DNA of 26,903 nt from a virus (lineage: Duplodnaviria; Heunggongvirae; Uroviricota; Caudoviricetes): IMG/VR virus record IMGVR_UViG_2917413769_000006, positions 1 through 26,903 of that record. One strand, 5' to 3'. Below are positions 7,024 to 16,746 of this stretch, one piece after another. Below the pieces are notes generated by a model. The model was not told the DNA's origin and searched no databases. It was given only the letters and a program-made list of their open reading frames with translations. Every line of letters starts with the position of its first letter. Positions within the stretch are counted from its first letter, which is position 1. The position numbers were made by a program, and so were the translations under genes.

Positions 7024-7234
7024 CATTACAGAAGCTATTCACGTAGGGGCTTCGATAATGCAAGGCTAAACATTGTCTCCCACCGCGCACCCAGCGCATG
7101 GCAACAGGCGGCATTTATTTTGTTCTGATTTCCCGACAGGTTTGCATTCACGGCAGCATAAACGATCAGTTTCTGATCCATGCGCTATCGCTACTTGCCG
7201 GAGTCATAGTTTTCAGACCAGAGGATTATTCTTT

Positions 7235-8262
7235 ATGTCCAGAGCGAACTGGGAGGAACGATTATCCCTGTTCGCTGATGAATGGAAGCGAACGGAGATA
7301 TCACCAAAAGAGTGGTGTGAAAGAGAAGGGTACTCATGGGGAACGGCGAAAGCATACATCTCGATAAAGGCGGCAAAAGTGCTGCTTTCTTCAGATGGAG
7401 TTATCACCGAGAAGCCAGAAAAAAAAATTGCGAAAAAAAAAGTTCGGAAAAAATCGCGAATTCGGAGATAGAAAAAAGTGCTGAAGAGTTAGCGGAAAAA
7501 AATGGGCTGACGGCGAAGCAAAAAAAATTTATTGCCGAATATCAGAAAGATAATAACGCGACTCAGGCGGCGATTAGAGCCGGGTACAGCGAAAGGAACG
7601 CCGATAAAATCGGACCAGAGTTGCTGGGGAAAACTAGGGTAGCGAAAGAAATCGCGAATCTGCAGAAAGCCCACCTTTCCCGAACATTAATAAAAGCAGA
7701 CGACGTGCTCGAAAAAATGTGGCAGCTCGCCACCTTCGACGCTAACGAGATTTCTCAATATCGGCGTGGTGCCTGTCGTTACTGCTGGGGGTTTGGTCAT
7801 CATTATCAGTGGCGTGATGCAATCGAGTTTGAAGAAAAAAGCTCTGGTGCTCGAGCGAAGAAAGGCAAAGAGCCTAACGATGCTGGTGGATATGGTTACA
7901 ACCATAATGACGAACCTAATCCTGAATGTCCTCGCTGTAACGGTGACGGAGTAGGGCGTGCGCATTTCGCCGATACGACAAAACTTTCCTCTGTTGGCCG
8001 GCTTGCGTATTCCGGTACGAAGCTGGTTAAAGGTGGCATTGAGATTACTGCCATCAGCCGGGAAAAAATGTTTGAAGCGATTATGCGTAGATTAGGCCTT
8101 TCCGATACCGAACTGGCCCAACGGCTGCTTGAGCTTGAAATACGCAAACGTACTGCTGAGGCAGAACGTCTTGAGCATGAAACGGAGCTGAAGCGAAAAG
8201 GCAAAAGCGATGAGAAGCCGACCATCGTTATTAAACTGGTGAATTCCCCTGATGACGACTGA
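7235..8262 (+). CDS. terminase small subunit (P27/Terminase_2-like), reading frame split within A-rich tract 7419-7441
   Basis: N-terminal HTH-like segment MSRANWEERL...ISPKEWCEREGYSWGTAKAYIS from ATG 7235 stops at 7471; the Terminase_2-like core (LTAKQKKFIAEYQKDNNATQAAIRAGYSERNA...) continues in the adjacent frame to 8262. The two frames overlap across two A9 runs (7419-7427, 7433-7441). Confidence 0.65.
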
Positions 8263-9523
8263 ACACGTTATTAAGTTTTTGCCATTTCACGACGGGCAGA
8301 AAAAGATTTATCGATCTCCAGCAAAGAGAAAAGTAATCCGTGCTGGTCGCCGTTATGGCAAAACGACAATGCTTGAGCAGGCCGGGGGAAACTGGGCGGC
8401 ACGACAAATGCGAGTCGGTTGGTTTGCCCCGTCATATAAAATTCTTCTTCCGTCGTTCAAAGCGATTCGGGAACTGTTGAAGCCGATCACAACCAGTTCA
8501 AGTAAGACCGATTCGATTATTGAGACCATTGGCGGCGGTCAGGTCGAATTCTGGACTCTGGATAACCCCGACGCTGGGCGATCCCGTAAATATCACAAAG
8601 TCATCATTGATGAGGGAAGCCTGGTCAAAAAAGGCATGCGTGATATCTGGGAACAGGCAATCGAGCCGACACTGCTGGATTTCGACGGTGATGCTGTAAT
8701 GGCCGGTACGCCTAAGGGTGTGGATGATGAGAATTTTTTCTATCAGGCCTGCAATGATAAATCGATGGGGTGGGAGGAGCACCACGCGCCAACAGCTGCG
8801 AACCCAACGATTAACCCCGCAGCACTGGCGAGGATTATTGACGGTCGCCCGCCGATGGTTGTGCAGCAGGAATATAACGCAGAGTTTGTGGACTGGCGCG
8901 GACAGAACTTTTTCAAACTCGATTGGCTGCTGGAGAATGGCGAAGCTGTCGATTATCCGTTTGCCTGCGATACCGTTTATGGCGTTGTTGACTGTGCGCA
9001 GAAGGGGCAGTTACAGAACGACGGATCTGCGTGCATCTGGTTTGCGCTAAATTCGCTGCCGACGCCTCACCTGGTCATTCTCGATTGGGACATTATCCAG
9101 ATTGACGGTTATTTCCTGAAAGATGTGGTGCCGCAGTGGATAAACAAGGCCAAACAGCTTAGCGAAATCTGCCGGGCACGCATGGGCACCACCGGGCTGT
9201 TTATTGAGGATAAGGCCACCGGCATTACGCTGCTGCAACAAGGCGCTAATGAAGGCTGGAACGTTCACCCCATCGATAGCGAGTTAACGGCGCTGCCGAA
9301 AGAATCTCGCGCCATCAATATTTCTGGATATGTGGCGTCCGGGAAAGTTCGCATTTCTAAATACGCCTTTGACAAAATCGTTGAGTACAAGCAGTCGAAG
9401 AAAAATCATCTTCTGACACAGGTGCTCAAGTTCATCATCGGTGAAGAAGACCAGGACGACGATCTGTTTGATTGCTTTAACTACGGCGTCGCGCTGGGTC
9501 TGGGTAACGGAGAGGGGTTCTGA
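8252..9523 (+). CDS. terminase large subunit
   Basis: 423 aa; Walker A-like GRRYGKTT near N-terminus, acidic motif VIIDEG; overlaps terS stop. Confidence 0.85.
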   Translation: MTTEHVIKFLPFHDGQKKIYRSPAKRKVIRAGRRYGKTTMLEQAGGNWAARQMRVGWFAPSYKILLPSFKAIRELLKPITTSSSKTDSIIETIGGGQVEFWTLDNPDAGRSRKYHKVIIDEGSLVKKGMRDIWEQAIEPTLLDFDGDAVMAGTPKGVDDENFFYQACNDKSMGWEEHHAPTAANPTINPAALARIIDGRPPMVVQQEYNAEFVDWRGQNFFKLDWLLENGEAVDYPFACDTVYGVVDCAQKGQLQNDGSACIWFALNSLPTPHLVILDWDIIQIDGYFLKDVVPQWINKAKQLSEICRARMGTTGLFIEDKATGITLLQQGANEGWNVHPIDSELTALPKESRAINISGYVASGKVRISKYAFDKIVEYKQSKKNHLLTQVLKFIIGEEDQDDDLFDCFNYGVALGLGNGEGF

Positions 9524-10959
9524 TGCAGGACGACGATATTTGCATGGGTAGTAATGCTGGCGTCCTCAGTAAGATTCTGGAGGGCGACAGCATTGAACCC
9601 GGTGCGCAGGCGGGGTATGAGCTCTGCAAGCTGATTTACCTGTTTCACCCGCTGGGCGGAAAGATGGTCGACCGACCGATAAAACTGGCGATGTCGGAAC
9701 CACGAACCGTACATGTAACGCGCGGGCCTGAGAAGCGGTTGCGTGAGGCGTTCGAACGGGAATGGAAAGCGATTAAAGCCGATCGCATTATTGCGAATAC
9801 TGCACGCCAGTCCCGTATTTATGGTGTTGGCGCAGTCGTGATGCTCATTGAAGGCGAGCCCACGAACGAGGCCGCAGGGTTCGATACGCTTTACAGAAAA
9901 TCCATCACCTTTAACGTGCTGGATCCGCTGAACACTGCCGGTTCTGTAGTGCTCAATCAGGATCCTAACTCTGCTGATTTCCAGAAAGTGGGAAGCGTTA
10001 CCGCGGCAGGCAAGCCTTATCACCATAGCCGTTGCTGCGTGATGATGAACGAGGATCCGATCTATCTGGCCTACACGCCATCGTCTTTCGGGTTTGCCGG
10101 GCGCAGCGTTTACCAGCGTGCACTTTATCCACTGAAATCATTCATTCAGTCGATGCGCGCTGATGACATGGTGACGATTAAAGCCGGGCTGCTGGTGGCG
10201 TTCATCAAACAGGCCAGCTCCATCGTCAATAACATGATGCAGAAAATGTCCGGGATTAAACGCTGGATGTTGAAACGCGGTGGTAACGGTGACGTGTTGC
10301 AGGTAGGAGAGAATGACAAGATTGAATCTCTCGACATGCAGAACCTCGAAAAGCCGCTGGATACTGCCCGTAACCACATTCTGGCGAATATCGCGACGGC
10401 GGCAGATATGCCCGCGATTCTGCTCAACAGTGAGACGTTTACGCGCGGGTTTGGTGAAGGAACAGAGGATGCAAAAGCGGTCGCCCAGTATATCGACGAT
10501 GTACGTAAAGATTTGCAGCCGCTTTATGATTTTTTCGTGCGCATCGTTCAGTACCGGGCGTGGTCACCTGAATTTTTCGACGCTCTGAAAAACGATTTGC
10601 CCGAGTACAAGAGTCTCAGTTGGGAGGCGGCTTTCAGTTCCTGGGTGAACAATTTTGAATATGTCTGGCCTTCGTCTCTGAAAGAGCCGGAAAGTGAAAA
10701 AGTCAAAGTCGATGAAACGCGCTTTAAGGCGATCACTGAGATGTTGACTGTGCTGCTTCCGCAACTCACCAAAGACCCGGAAAACAGGGCGACGCTTATT
10801 AAGTGGGCCTGTGAGAATGCCAACATGAACGAAAACCTGTTTGCCGATCGGCTTGAGCTGGATTATGAGCTGCTGGAGAAATTCCCTCCGGATCCACCTT
10901 CAACAAGCAATGATAGGGAGGATGGTGATAATGGCCTCATTCGTGAAAGAGCTGCGTGA
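9523..10959 (+). CDS. portal protein
   Basis: 478-aa ORF immediately after terL (ATGA overlap); size and position; no motif independently confirmed. Confidence 0.7.
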   Translation: MQDDDICMGSNAGVLSKILEGDSIEPGAQAGYELCKLIYLFHPLGGKMVDRPIKLAMSEPRTVHVTRGPEKRLREAFEREWKAIKADRIIANTARQSRIYGVGAVVMLIEGEPTNEAAGFDTLYRKSITFNVLDPLNTAGSVVLNQDPNSADFQKVGSVTAAGKPYHHSRCCVMMNEDPIYLAYTPSSFGFAGRSVYQRALYPLKSFIQSMRADDMVTIKAGLLVAFIKQASSIVNNMMQKMSGIKRWMLKRGGNGDVLQVGENDKIESLDMQNLEKPLDTARNHILANIATAADMPAILLNSETFTRGFGEGTEDAKAVAQYIDDVRKDLQPLYDFFVRIVQYRAWSPEFFDALKNDLPEYKSLSWEAAFSSWVNNFEYVWPSSLKEPESEKVKVDETRFKAITEMLTVLLPQLTKDPENRATLIKWACENANMNENLFADRLELDYELLEKFPPDPPSTSNDREDGDNGLIRERAA

Positions 10960-11806
10960 AGCCATTAAACATTTTCTGGAGTACGGTTACAGCAGCGAAG
11001 AAAGCCTCATTATGTGGACTGAGCGCCTGCGTAATGCCACTGAAAATAAGGTCGATGGCAATGACTTGTATCGATATACCAGTCGCCGGTTAACTGCTGC
11101 TTATGATTTGGAAATTGGCCGGGGAAAAGCGCTGAAACGCCACATAGGGGTGAGCCGCTTCACGCTGAATTATCTTGAGCCAAAACTGCGCGCCGAGCTG
11201 GACCGCCGGATCATGGCATCCGCTGGCCTGATAAAACTCAACCGTTCGCAGGCTATCGACAAAACAATTCAACGTTTCAGCGGGTGGGCAACCAGTATCC
11301 CACCGATAAGTGAAATCAGCGTTGGCCTGTCGGCTTCTTCCCGAACGAGTGCAATTGCCACTAGTCAGCACATCGCAAAGTCAGCTCGCCAGATTGATTT
11401 CGAGCAGCGCCGGGTGATGGTGGATCAGACACATAAGCTGATTGCCAATATCGATAACATCATTGCGACCGATGGCGGGGCGATTGCGGCGGTGTGGCAC
11501 AGCCACTGGCGCCAGCCAAATTATGATTTCCGTGAGCCTCATAAGGAGCGTGATTTACTGGTGTACGCCATTCGTGGCAACTGGGCGATGAAAAAGGGTT
11601 TCATGAAGGTCGGTCCGGCGGGCTATCTGGATGAAATCACCCAGCCCGGCGAAGAGGTGTTCTGCCGTTGCTATCTCACCTATATCTACAACGTCCGAAG
11701 CCTTCCTGATGAGATGAAAACCGAAAAATGGCGAAAGTTCATCGAGGGAAACAAATCTGTCGGTCGTCGTTCTGCAAACTTTGAGGCCATAAAAAACGGA
11801 GGATAA
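10931..11806 (+). CDS. head morphogenesis protein (Mu F-like / minor head protein)
   Basis: About 291 aa from ATG 10931 with RBS GGGAGGA (ORF open from 10841); position after portal. Confidence 0.55.
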   Translation: MASFVKELREAIKHFLEYGYSSEESLIMWTERLRNATENKVDGNDLYRYTSRRLTAAYDLEIGRGKALKRHIGVSRFTLNYLEPKLRAELDRRIMASAGLIKLNRSQAIDKTIQRFSGWATSIPPISEISVGLSASSRTSAIATSQHIAKSARQIDFEQRRVMVDQTHKLIANIDNIIATDGGAIAAVWHSHWRQPNYDFREPHKERDLLVYAIRGNWAMKKGFMKVGPAGYLDEITQPGEEVFCRCYLTYIYNVRSLPDEMKTEKWRKFIEGNKSVGRRSANFEAIKNGG

Positions 11807-13381
11807 GTGAAAACCTACGCTGCCGGGATCCTGTTCAAGTCTGGCGGGAAAATATTTCTGGTAAAGCGTGGGGATGATGGTTCATGGGCGGTACCGGGTG
11901 GGAAACTCGAAGAGGGCGAAACGCCGGAAGCCGCAGCAAGGCGTGAAGTGATGGAAGAATGCGGGTTTGATTATTCCAGCCCCCTGACGCCGCATACCCT
12001 GATTGATGGCTATGTTACCTATCTTGCTGATGATGTTGAGCAGTTCGACGCGGTTCTGAATGAGGAGAATCAAGCTTATGGCTGGTTTTCTCCTGCTGAA
12101 CTGCCCGATCCGCTACATCCCGGCATGGTGGCGATGCTTGATGCCGAACCACTAAATGAAATGGACGTTGCCGGGCTTATCGCTCACGGGCAACTCACAT
12201 CCCCGCAATTTTTCAGAAATATGTACCTGTGGGCGCTGCGTATCACCGGAACGGGTGTTACCTGGCGATCCAGATTCAGGCAATACGCCTACCGATCCCC
12301 TGAAAACTATCTGACGGATGAATTCCTCGCCCGGTGCTCTGGGCTGCCGGTTATCTGGTGGCACCCGGAGAAAAACACGCTCAGCAGCGAGGAATTCGCC
12401 TCAAGGACGATCGGGACCATCGCGTTTGCCTGGATAAAGGGTGATGAGGTGTGGGGAATGGCCCGCATCTATGACACCGACGCCGCTGCGAATCTTTCAA
12501 CGCGGCAACTGAGCACATCCCCCACGGTGGTGGGCGGCGATGACGTTCTGATCAACGTCGACGGTGAACCGCTGCTGCTGGAAGGAACTCCGGAATTGTT
12601 AGATCACCTTGCGATTTGTGAACAGGGCGTCTGGGACAAGCTGGGAGAACCGACGGGAGTTAAATCCGACACACTTGTAAACGAGGTCCAGAAAATGGAT
12701 GAAGAAAAATTATTAGCACTCATTAACCAGGCGCTGGACGCTCGCGAAGCCCGCGCAAAGGCTGACGCCGAGGAAAAAGCGAAAGCAGATGCAGAGGCCG
12801 CAGAAAAGGCTAAAGCCGATGAAGACGCCGCCCGCATTAAGGAAGAGGAAGAAAAAGCGAAGGCTGACGCCGAGGCAAAAGCGAAAGCTGATGCGGAGGC
12901 AGAAGAAAAGGCCAAAGCGGACGCCGAGCTGGAGAAAATCCGCGCAGACATGGAAGAAATGAAAAGCCGTGTGCCGCAGGAACTCAGCGACGAAGAGCGC
13001 AATGAGATCGCTGATACCCAGTGCAAAGCTGACAGCGTATTTGCCTCTTTCGGCGAACGCGCGCCGCAACCTATGGCGGGTGAACGTGCGCTGCCCTACC
13101 GCCGCCGCATCATGACCCGCCTGCAGAAATATTCTCCTGATTATAAAGAAGTGGATCTGCATGCCATCGCAGACAGCCAGCTCCTGAGCATCGCGGAGAA
13201 AAAAATCTATGCCGATGCGCAGGCATCAGCGGCATCCAGCCTGGAACCCGGCGCTGGGCTGCGTGAAGTCATTCGCACCGATGCCACCGGGCGCCGTATC
13301 AGCACCTTTATCGGCGATCCGTCAGCAACATGGGCGCCTTTCCAGGCTGTCAGCCGTAAAGTCGCTGGCATCAAACAGTAA
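11807..13381 (+). CDS. Nudix hydrolase domain fused to head scaffold/protease-like protein
   Basis: GTG start 5 nt after RBS ACGGAGGA. Residues about 1-110 form a Nudix fold with a complete Nudix box [24 protein letters not shown] (G-x5-E-x7-REUxEExGU). Remainder: globular middle domain, imperfect KADAEA-type coiled-coil repeats (about 12747-12930), basic C-terminus; occupies the protease/scaffold slot between the F-like gene and capsid genes. Confidence 0.75.
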   Translation: MKTYAAGILFKSGGKIFLVKRGDDGSWAVPGGKLEEGETPEAAARREVMEECGFDYSSPLTPHTLIDGYVTYLADDVEQFDAVLNEENQAYGWFSPAELPDPLHPGMVAMLDAEPLNEMDVAGLIAHGQLTSPQFFRNMYLWALRITGTGVTWRSRFRQYAYRSPENYLTDEFLARCSGLPVIWWHPEKNTLSSEEFASRTIGTIAFAWIKGDEVWGMARIYDTDAAANLSTRQLSTSPTVVGGDDVLINVDGEPLLLEGTPELLDHLAICEQGVWDKLGEPTGVKSDTLVNEVQKMDEEKLLALINQALDAREARAKADAEEKAKADAEAAEKAKADEDAARIKEEEEKAKADAEAKAKADAEAEEKAKADAELEKIRADMEEMKSRVPQELSDEERNEIADTQCKADSVFASFGERAPQPMAGERALPYRRRIMTRLQKYSPDYKEVDLHAIADSQLLSIAEKKIYADAQASAASSLEPGAGLREVIRTDATGRRISTFIGDPSATWAPFQAVSRKVAGIKQ

Positions 13382-13401
13382 TCAACCGGAGAACAAACAA
13401 C

Positions 13402-14274
13402 ATGTCGAGCGTTTTGACAGTAAATCCAATGCAGACCACTAACGCCCGCGGTACTTTTTACGTCAAGTCTGATGGTCTTATTCAGGGTGTGGCGCTGGAC
13501 GATCCGGCGGCGCGTTATGCGCTGGCATCCGGTACTGTTGCCAGCGATGAAGTTAAACCAATGTGGGGCGGTCTGGCTGTAAATGAACTGGTTCCCGGCG
13601 CTTCGTCTGCTCCGCGTAGCAGTATCATCAAGCGGGCAGGCACACTTACTCAGCTGGTGGGATTCACAGTTTTCAATCAGGCACATAACGGCCTGACCAC
13701 TCCGCAATCACCGGTACCGCTTTACCTCAGCAATATGAGCGTTTCTTTTTATCGCCTGGGTTCGGGGATGCGTGTTCCGGTTAAAGCTTCCGATGCTGTT
13801 ATCTCACTGGCCAGCGCGGGGATCTCCGTTAATCAGCCGCTGGTGTGGAATTTTGCTGAGGATTGTCTGGATGTATTCAGCACTGCGGCGGCTGATGTGG
13901 CTACAACAGCTATCACATGGACCGCACCCACCGCGAATGCGGCTGGATATGCAACAGCGACGACCGACAGCGCTCATGGACTGAAAGTGGGCGCATATGT
14001 CGCGATTTCTGGTGCGGCTCCGGTTACTTACAACGGTACCGTTCAGGTGCTCAGCGTGCCGTCGGCGACAACTTTCACCTTTACGCCGGTTTCAGTGCCT
14101 GCAGGCAATGCGACCACTCAGGGTACCGTAGGTGCGGTAACAGTGCAGGATGTCGCCCTTCCGGTAAAAATCATCGAAATGCAGATGGGTAACAGCAAAA
14201 CCGTTTCTTACGATGCGGCGACGGGCTTTGCTACCTGGAACGACAGCGGAAACGCTGCGGTAATTCTGCTGTAA
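13402..14274 (+). CDS. putative head structural protein (decoration-like, Ig-like beta-rich)
   Basis: 290 aa, Thr/Ala/Val-rich beta-type composition (TFTFTPVSVPAGNATTQG); located immediately before the putative major capsid gene. Confidence 0.4.
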   Translation: MSSVLTVNPMQTTNARGTFYVKSDGLIQGVALDDPAARYALASGTVASDEVKPMWGGLAVNELVPGASSAPRSSIIKRAGTLTQLVGFTVFNQAHNGLTTPQSPVPLYLSNMSVSFYRLGSGMRVPVKASDAVISLASAGISVNQPLVWNFAEDCLDVFSTAAADVATTAITWTAPTANAAGYATATTDSAHGLKVGAYVAISGAAPVTYNGTVQVLSVPSATTFTFTPVSVPAGNATTQGTVGAVTVQDVALPVKIIEMQMGNSKTVSYDAATGFATWNDSGNAAVILL

Positions 14275-14291
14275 TCAGGAGAGGCTAAGAG

Positions 14292-15323
14292 ATGCCAGCT
14301 ATTACACCCGCTTATCAAATTGTAAACCCGTCGTACATCATGCCGGAAATGATCCTGTCGTATCAGCAGGCGTCCGGCGCATTTTCTGTCATGGCCAGCG
14401 GTAACCCGCTGGTTCGCCTGTCAGACGGCGACCAGTACGTTTATATGAAACGCCTGGATATTCGCACTCAGGTAACCTCCAGCCAGTCAGGGAATGCCAA
14501 CCAGTTACCCTCTGTTGCACTGGATGCGCGAATGGTCAGCACGCCAACGTATATGTTCCGCGCGCGCGCCATTTACGATCATCACGATATGGCTGCAGCA
14601 GGGAACTGGGGGATTGCACTCCCTGAAGCCCAGCGACTTGGTACCCGACAGGCTATTTTCCAGCAAATGCGTAACGCGCTGCTCTATGGCATGAACCCGG
14701 CTGGTGGTGAGGGCGTTCTGAATACCAACGGCGCAACCACTATCAGCCTGCCGGCAGACAGCGGCGGGAACACTACCGTACTTACTTACGATCATGGCGA
14801 AATGGCAGTGTTTCTGCTGGCGCAGATTCAGGCGATCCGTACCCGTACCATGCAAATGGGGCGGGCGTCACGCATGGTTATCCTCGGTCCTCAGCGCACG
14901 CTGGGTACGATGGAAATGCAGCAGATCGTTCAGTTGACCAGCTACCAGCGTCCGGGCGGTGGTACTTCAACGGTGAAAGGTACCGTCAACGGTGTCTCAG
15001 ATGAGGCAGATTGCGAAATTGAATGGGGCTATGACGATACGCTGATTGGCGCCGGGGCTAATGGTACGGATGCGATCATCATCGCCATGCCGGAAGTTGA
15101 GCGCCCTGAGGTTAACGCGAAAATTAACACCAACGAATTCGCCAAACTTAGCCCTTCACTGGAAGCCACATCACTGATGTTGTGCGACATGGCGGCACCG
15201 CGTGAAATTCCAACGCCGATCGCGGGCGGGGCCATTGATGTGCTGTCCGAACTGCGATCCACCTCTGGCTGGGTGCTTCGCCCTGAGGCGCTGACCATCA
15301 TTTCGATGAAATACAGCGATTAA
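14292..15323 (+). CDS. putative major capsid protein
   Basis: 343 aa with strong RBS; last large head-module gene; followed directly by an intrinsic terminator. Assignment by position and size only. Confidence 0.5.
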   Translation: MPAITPAYQIVNPSYIMPEMILSYQQASGAFSVMASGNPLVRLSDGDQYVYMKRLDIRTQVTSSQSGNANQLPSVALDARMVSTPTYMFRARAIYDHHDMAAAGNWGIALPEAQRLGTRQAIFQQMRNALLYGMNPAGGEGVLNTNGATTISLPADSGGNTTVLTYDHGEMAVFLLAQIQAIRTRTMQMGRASRMVILGPQRTLGTMEMQQIVQLTSYQRPGGGTSTVKGTVNGVSDEADCEIEWGYDDTLIGAGANGTDAIIIAMPEVERPEVNAKINTNEFAKLSPSLEATSLMLCDMAAPREIPTPIAGGAIDVLSELRSTSGWVLRPEALTIISMKYSD

Positions 15324-15346
15324 TTATTAAGTTCCCTCGCTGATTT

Positions 15347-15380
15347 CCCTGCGATCCGGAAGGTTCGCGGGGATTTTTTT
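15347..15380 (+). terminator. rho-independent terminator downstream of capsid gene
   Basis: 8-bp stem ccctgcga / tcgcgggg (one G-U pair) with 10-nt loop followed by attttttt. Confidence 0.65.
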
Positions 15381-15394
15381 ATCCAGGAGTAAAC

Positions 15395-15880
15395 ATGAAA
15401 CTGTACATCGCCAATACCACCAAACAGCGCCACGATTTCGCCTATCGCAAGCCGGAGACCGGACGCCTTGTGTATCACCCGATTAATGCGGGTTCTCAGG
15501 CTGTTGTCATCGATGGCACCCGCGCCGAAATCGACCTCATTATTCAGCAGCACGCCGATTACGGCCTGATTGATGCGACAAAAATCGACCAGAACCGCAT
15601 ATATATCGGGCTGTGTTACAGCGTAGATAAACCTGTCGCATCGAAAGTCATTGAAAAAGCCATGCGGGATAACGACAGCCACCTGAACCGAGCGGCACAC
15701 GATCGCCGTCAGGCATCCGTGCTGGCAACAAATAACGCTCTCACCGAGCAGGAAAACGGCTATCTCGGTGAGCTTGAGGTCAGTGCAGAGCAGCGACTGA
15801 GCGCCACCGATGACCGTGACGAAACAGCGTTTGTCGATGAGACGCTGGCTGTGAGTACGGGATCCAAAAAGAAAAAATAA
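15395..15880 (+). CDS. hypothetical protein with acidic C-terminal half
   Basis: 161-aa ORF with RBS CCAGGAG beginning right after the terminator; no recognisable family. Confidence 0.45.
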   Translation: MKLYIANTTKQRHDFAYRKPETGRLVYHPINAGSQAVVIDGTRAEIDLIIQQHADYGLIDATKIDQNRIYIGLCYSVDKPVASKVIEKAMRDNDSHLNRAAHDRRQASVLATNNALTEQENGYLGELEVSAEQRLSATDDRDETAFVDETLAVSTGSKKKK

Positions 15881-15892
15881 GCGAGGGACGCC

Positions 15893-16318
15893 ATGCCTGA
15901 ACTGGCCGGATTTATCCAGTTTATTCGTAATACGATGGGGATTAATGCATACGCGTTACCTGATGACGATCCGGCCATTAATCTTACCTGGTCAATGTCG
16001 CTGGACTGGGTGAACAGGCAGATCGCCTGCATCAGTCCGGTTCTGTATTCACAGGCTGTTTATAACCTCGCGGCTTCCTTTCTGATTAACTTCGGTCCTG
16101 AGTCTGTCTTCGGTCCGGTGCGCGAGAAACTGGGCATCAACAATTTTACTGCTGGTGTTATCAGCGCTTCCTCTGACGAGTCAACCAGCCAGACGCGGGT
16201 AGTGAGTGACGCACTGAAAAATCTCTCGCTTGCTGACCTGCAACAACTTAAGGACCCTTATGGTCGATGGTATCTGGCAATTGCGCAGCAGTACGGCGAT
16301 CTGTGGGGGCTGACGTGA
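15893..16318 (+). CDS. putative head-tail connector / neck protein
   Basis: 141-aa ORF with RBS, located between head and tail modules. Confidence 0.4.
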   Translation: MPELAGFIQFIRNTMGINAYALPDDDPAINLTWSMSLDWVNRQIACISPVLYSQAVYNLAASFLINFGPESVFGPVREKLGINNFTAGVISASSDESTSQTRVVSDALKNLSLADLQQLKDPYGRWYLAIAQQYGDLWGLT

Positions 16319-16746
16319 AACTTCACCTGGGCGTGATGGACATTCCCTATGAAAACGAGAATACGACCACCGGCGATGTGGCCGAAATTCTTGAGGGAAA
16401 ATACCGGATCATGCAGACGTTCTTCGATCGTCACAGCGAGGAAATTGCGCTGATGATGAGTAATGACCTCGCGGCGGGACTGGAAACTATGTTGGCTGGC
16501 GCGCCGCTGCCTGCGGATCCCTTTGCCGAATCCATGTCACAGGTACATCACCTCTTTGTTGCTTTCCTCGATAACGCAGAGATGAACGGCACAGAAGGTG
16601 TGCCGACTGCTCGCGCGCTTGAGGGGATCAGTAAGCGATTTAAAAACAAGAAAGGGGAGCCACGTCCCTCTTTCATCGATACCGGCATGTTTCAGGCGTC
16701 GATGCGCGCATGGGTAAGCGGGGTGCTGAATGCCTTCCCTAAGTGA
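16315..16746 (+). CDS. putative head-tail joining protein
   Basis: GTG 16315 overlaps upstream stop (GTGA); alternative ATG 16336. Confidence 0.4.
   Translation: MKLHLGVMDIPYENENTTTGDVAEILEGKYRIMQTFFDRHSEEIALMMSNDLAAGLETMLAGAPLPADPFAESMSQVHHLFVAFLDNAEMNGTEGVPTARALEGISKRFKNKKGEPRPSFIDTGMFQASMRAWVSGVLNAFPK

Noticed and set aside
7164-7178. Recurrence of GATCAGTTT (in the 151-180 tandem repeat and in the 7164-7178 palindrome) as a shared regulatory motif
   Set aside because: A 9-mer recurring a few times in 27 kb is close to chance expectation and the contexts differ (coding versus intergenic); insufficient to call a motif.
7073-7234. Upstream extension of ORF 7073-7471 and the overlapping ORF 7098-7367
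   Set aside because: No RBS at 7073 or 7098 and translations look non-protein-like; the plausible start is ATG 7235 with GAGGA upstream, so the 5' 160 nt is treated as non-coding.
9481-10026. 181-aa minus-strand ORF inside the portal gene
   Set aside because: Antisense to a strongly supported + strand gene in a tightly coupled operon; no independent support.
12604-13162. Ser/Ala-rich minus-strand ORFs (12604-13026 and 12713-13162)
   Set aside because: They are the reverse-complement reading of the KADAEA coiled-coil repeat region of the + strand gene; low-complexity mirror ORFs.
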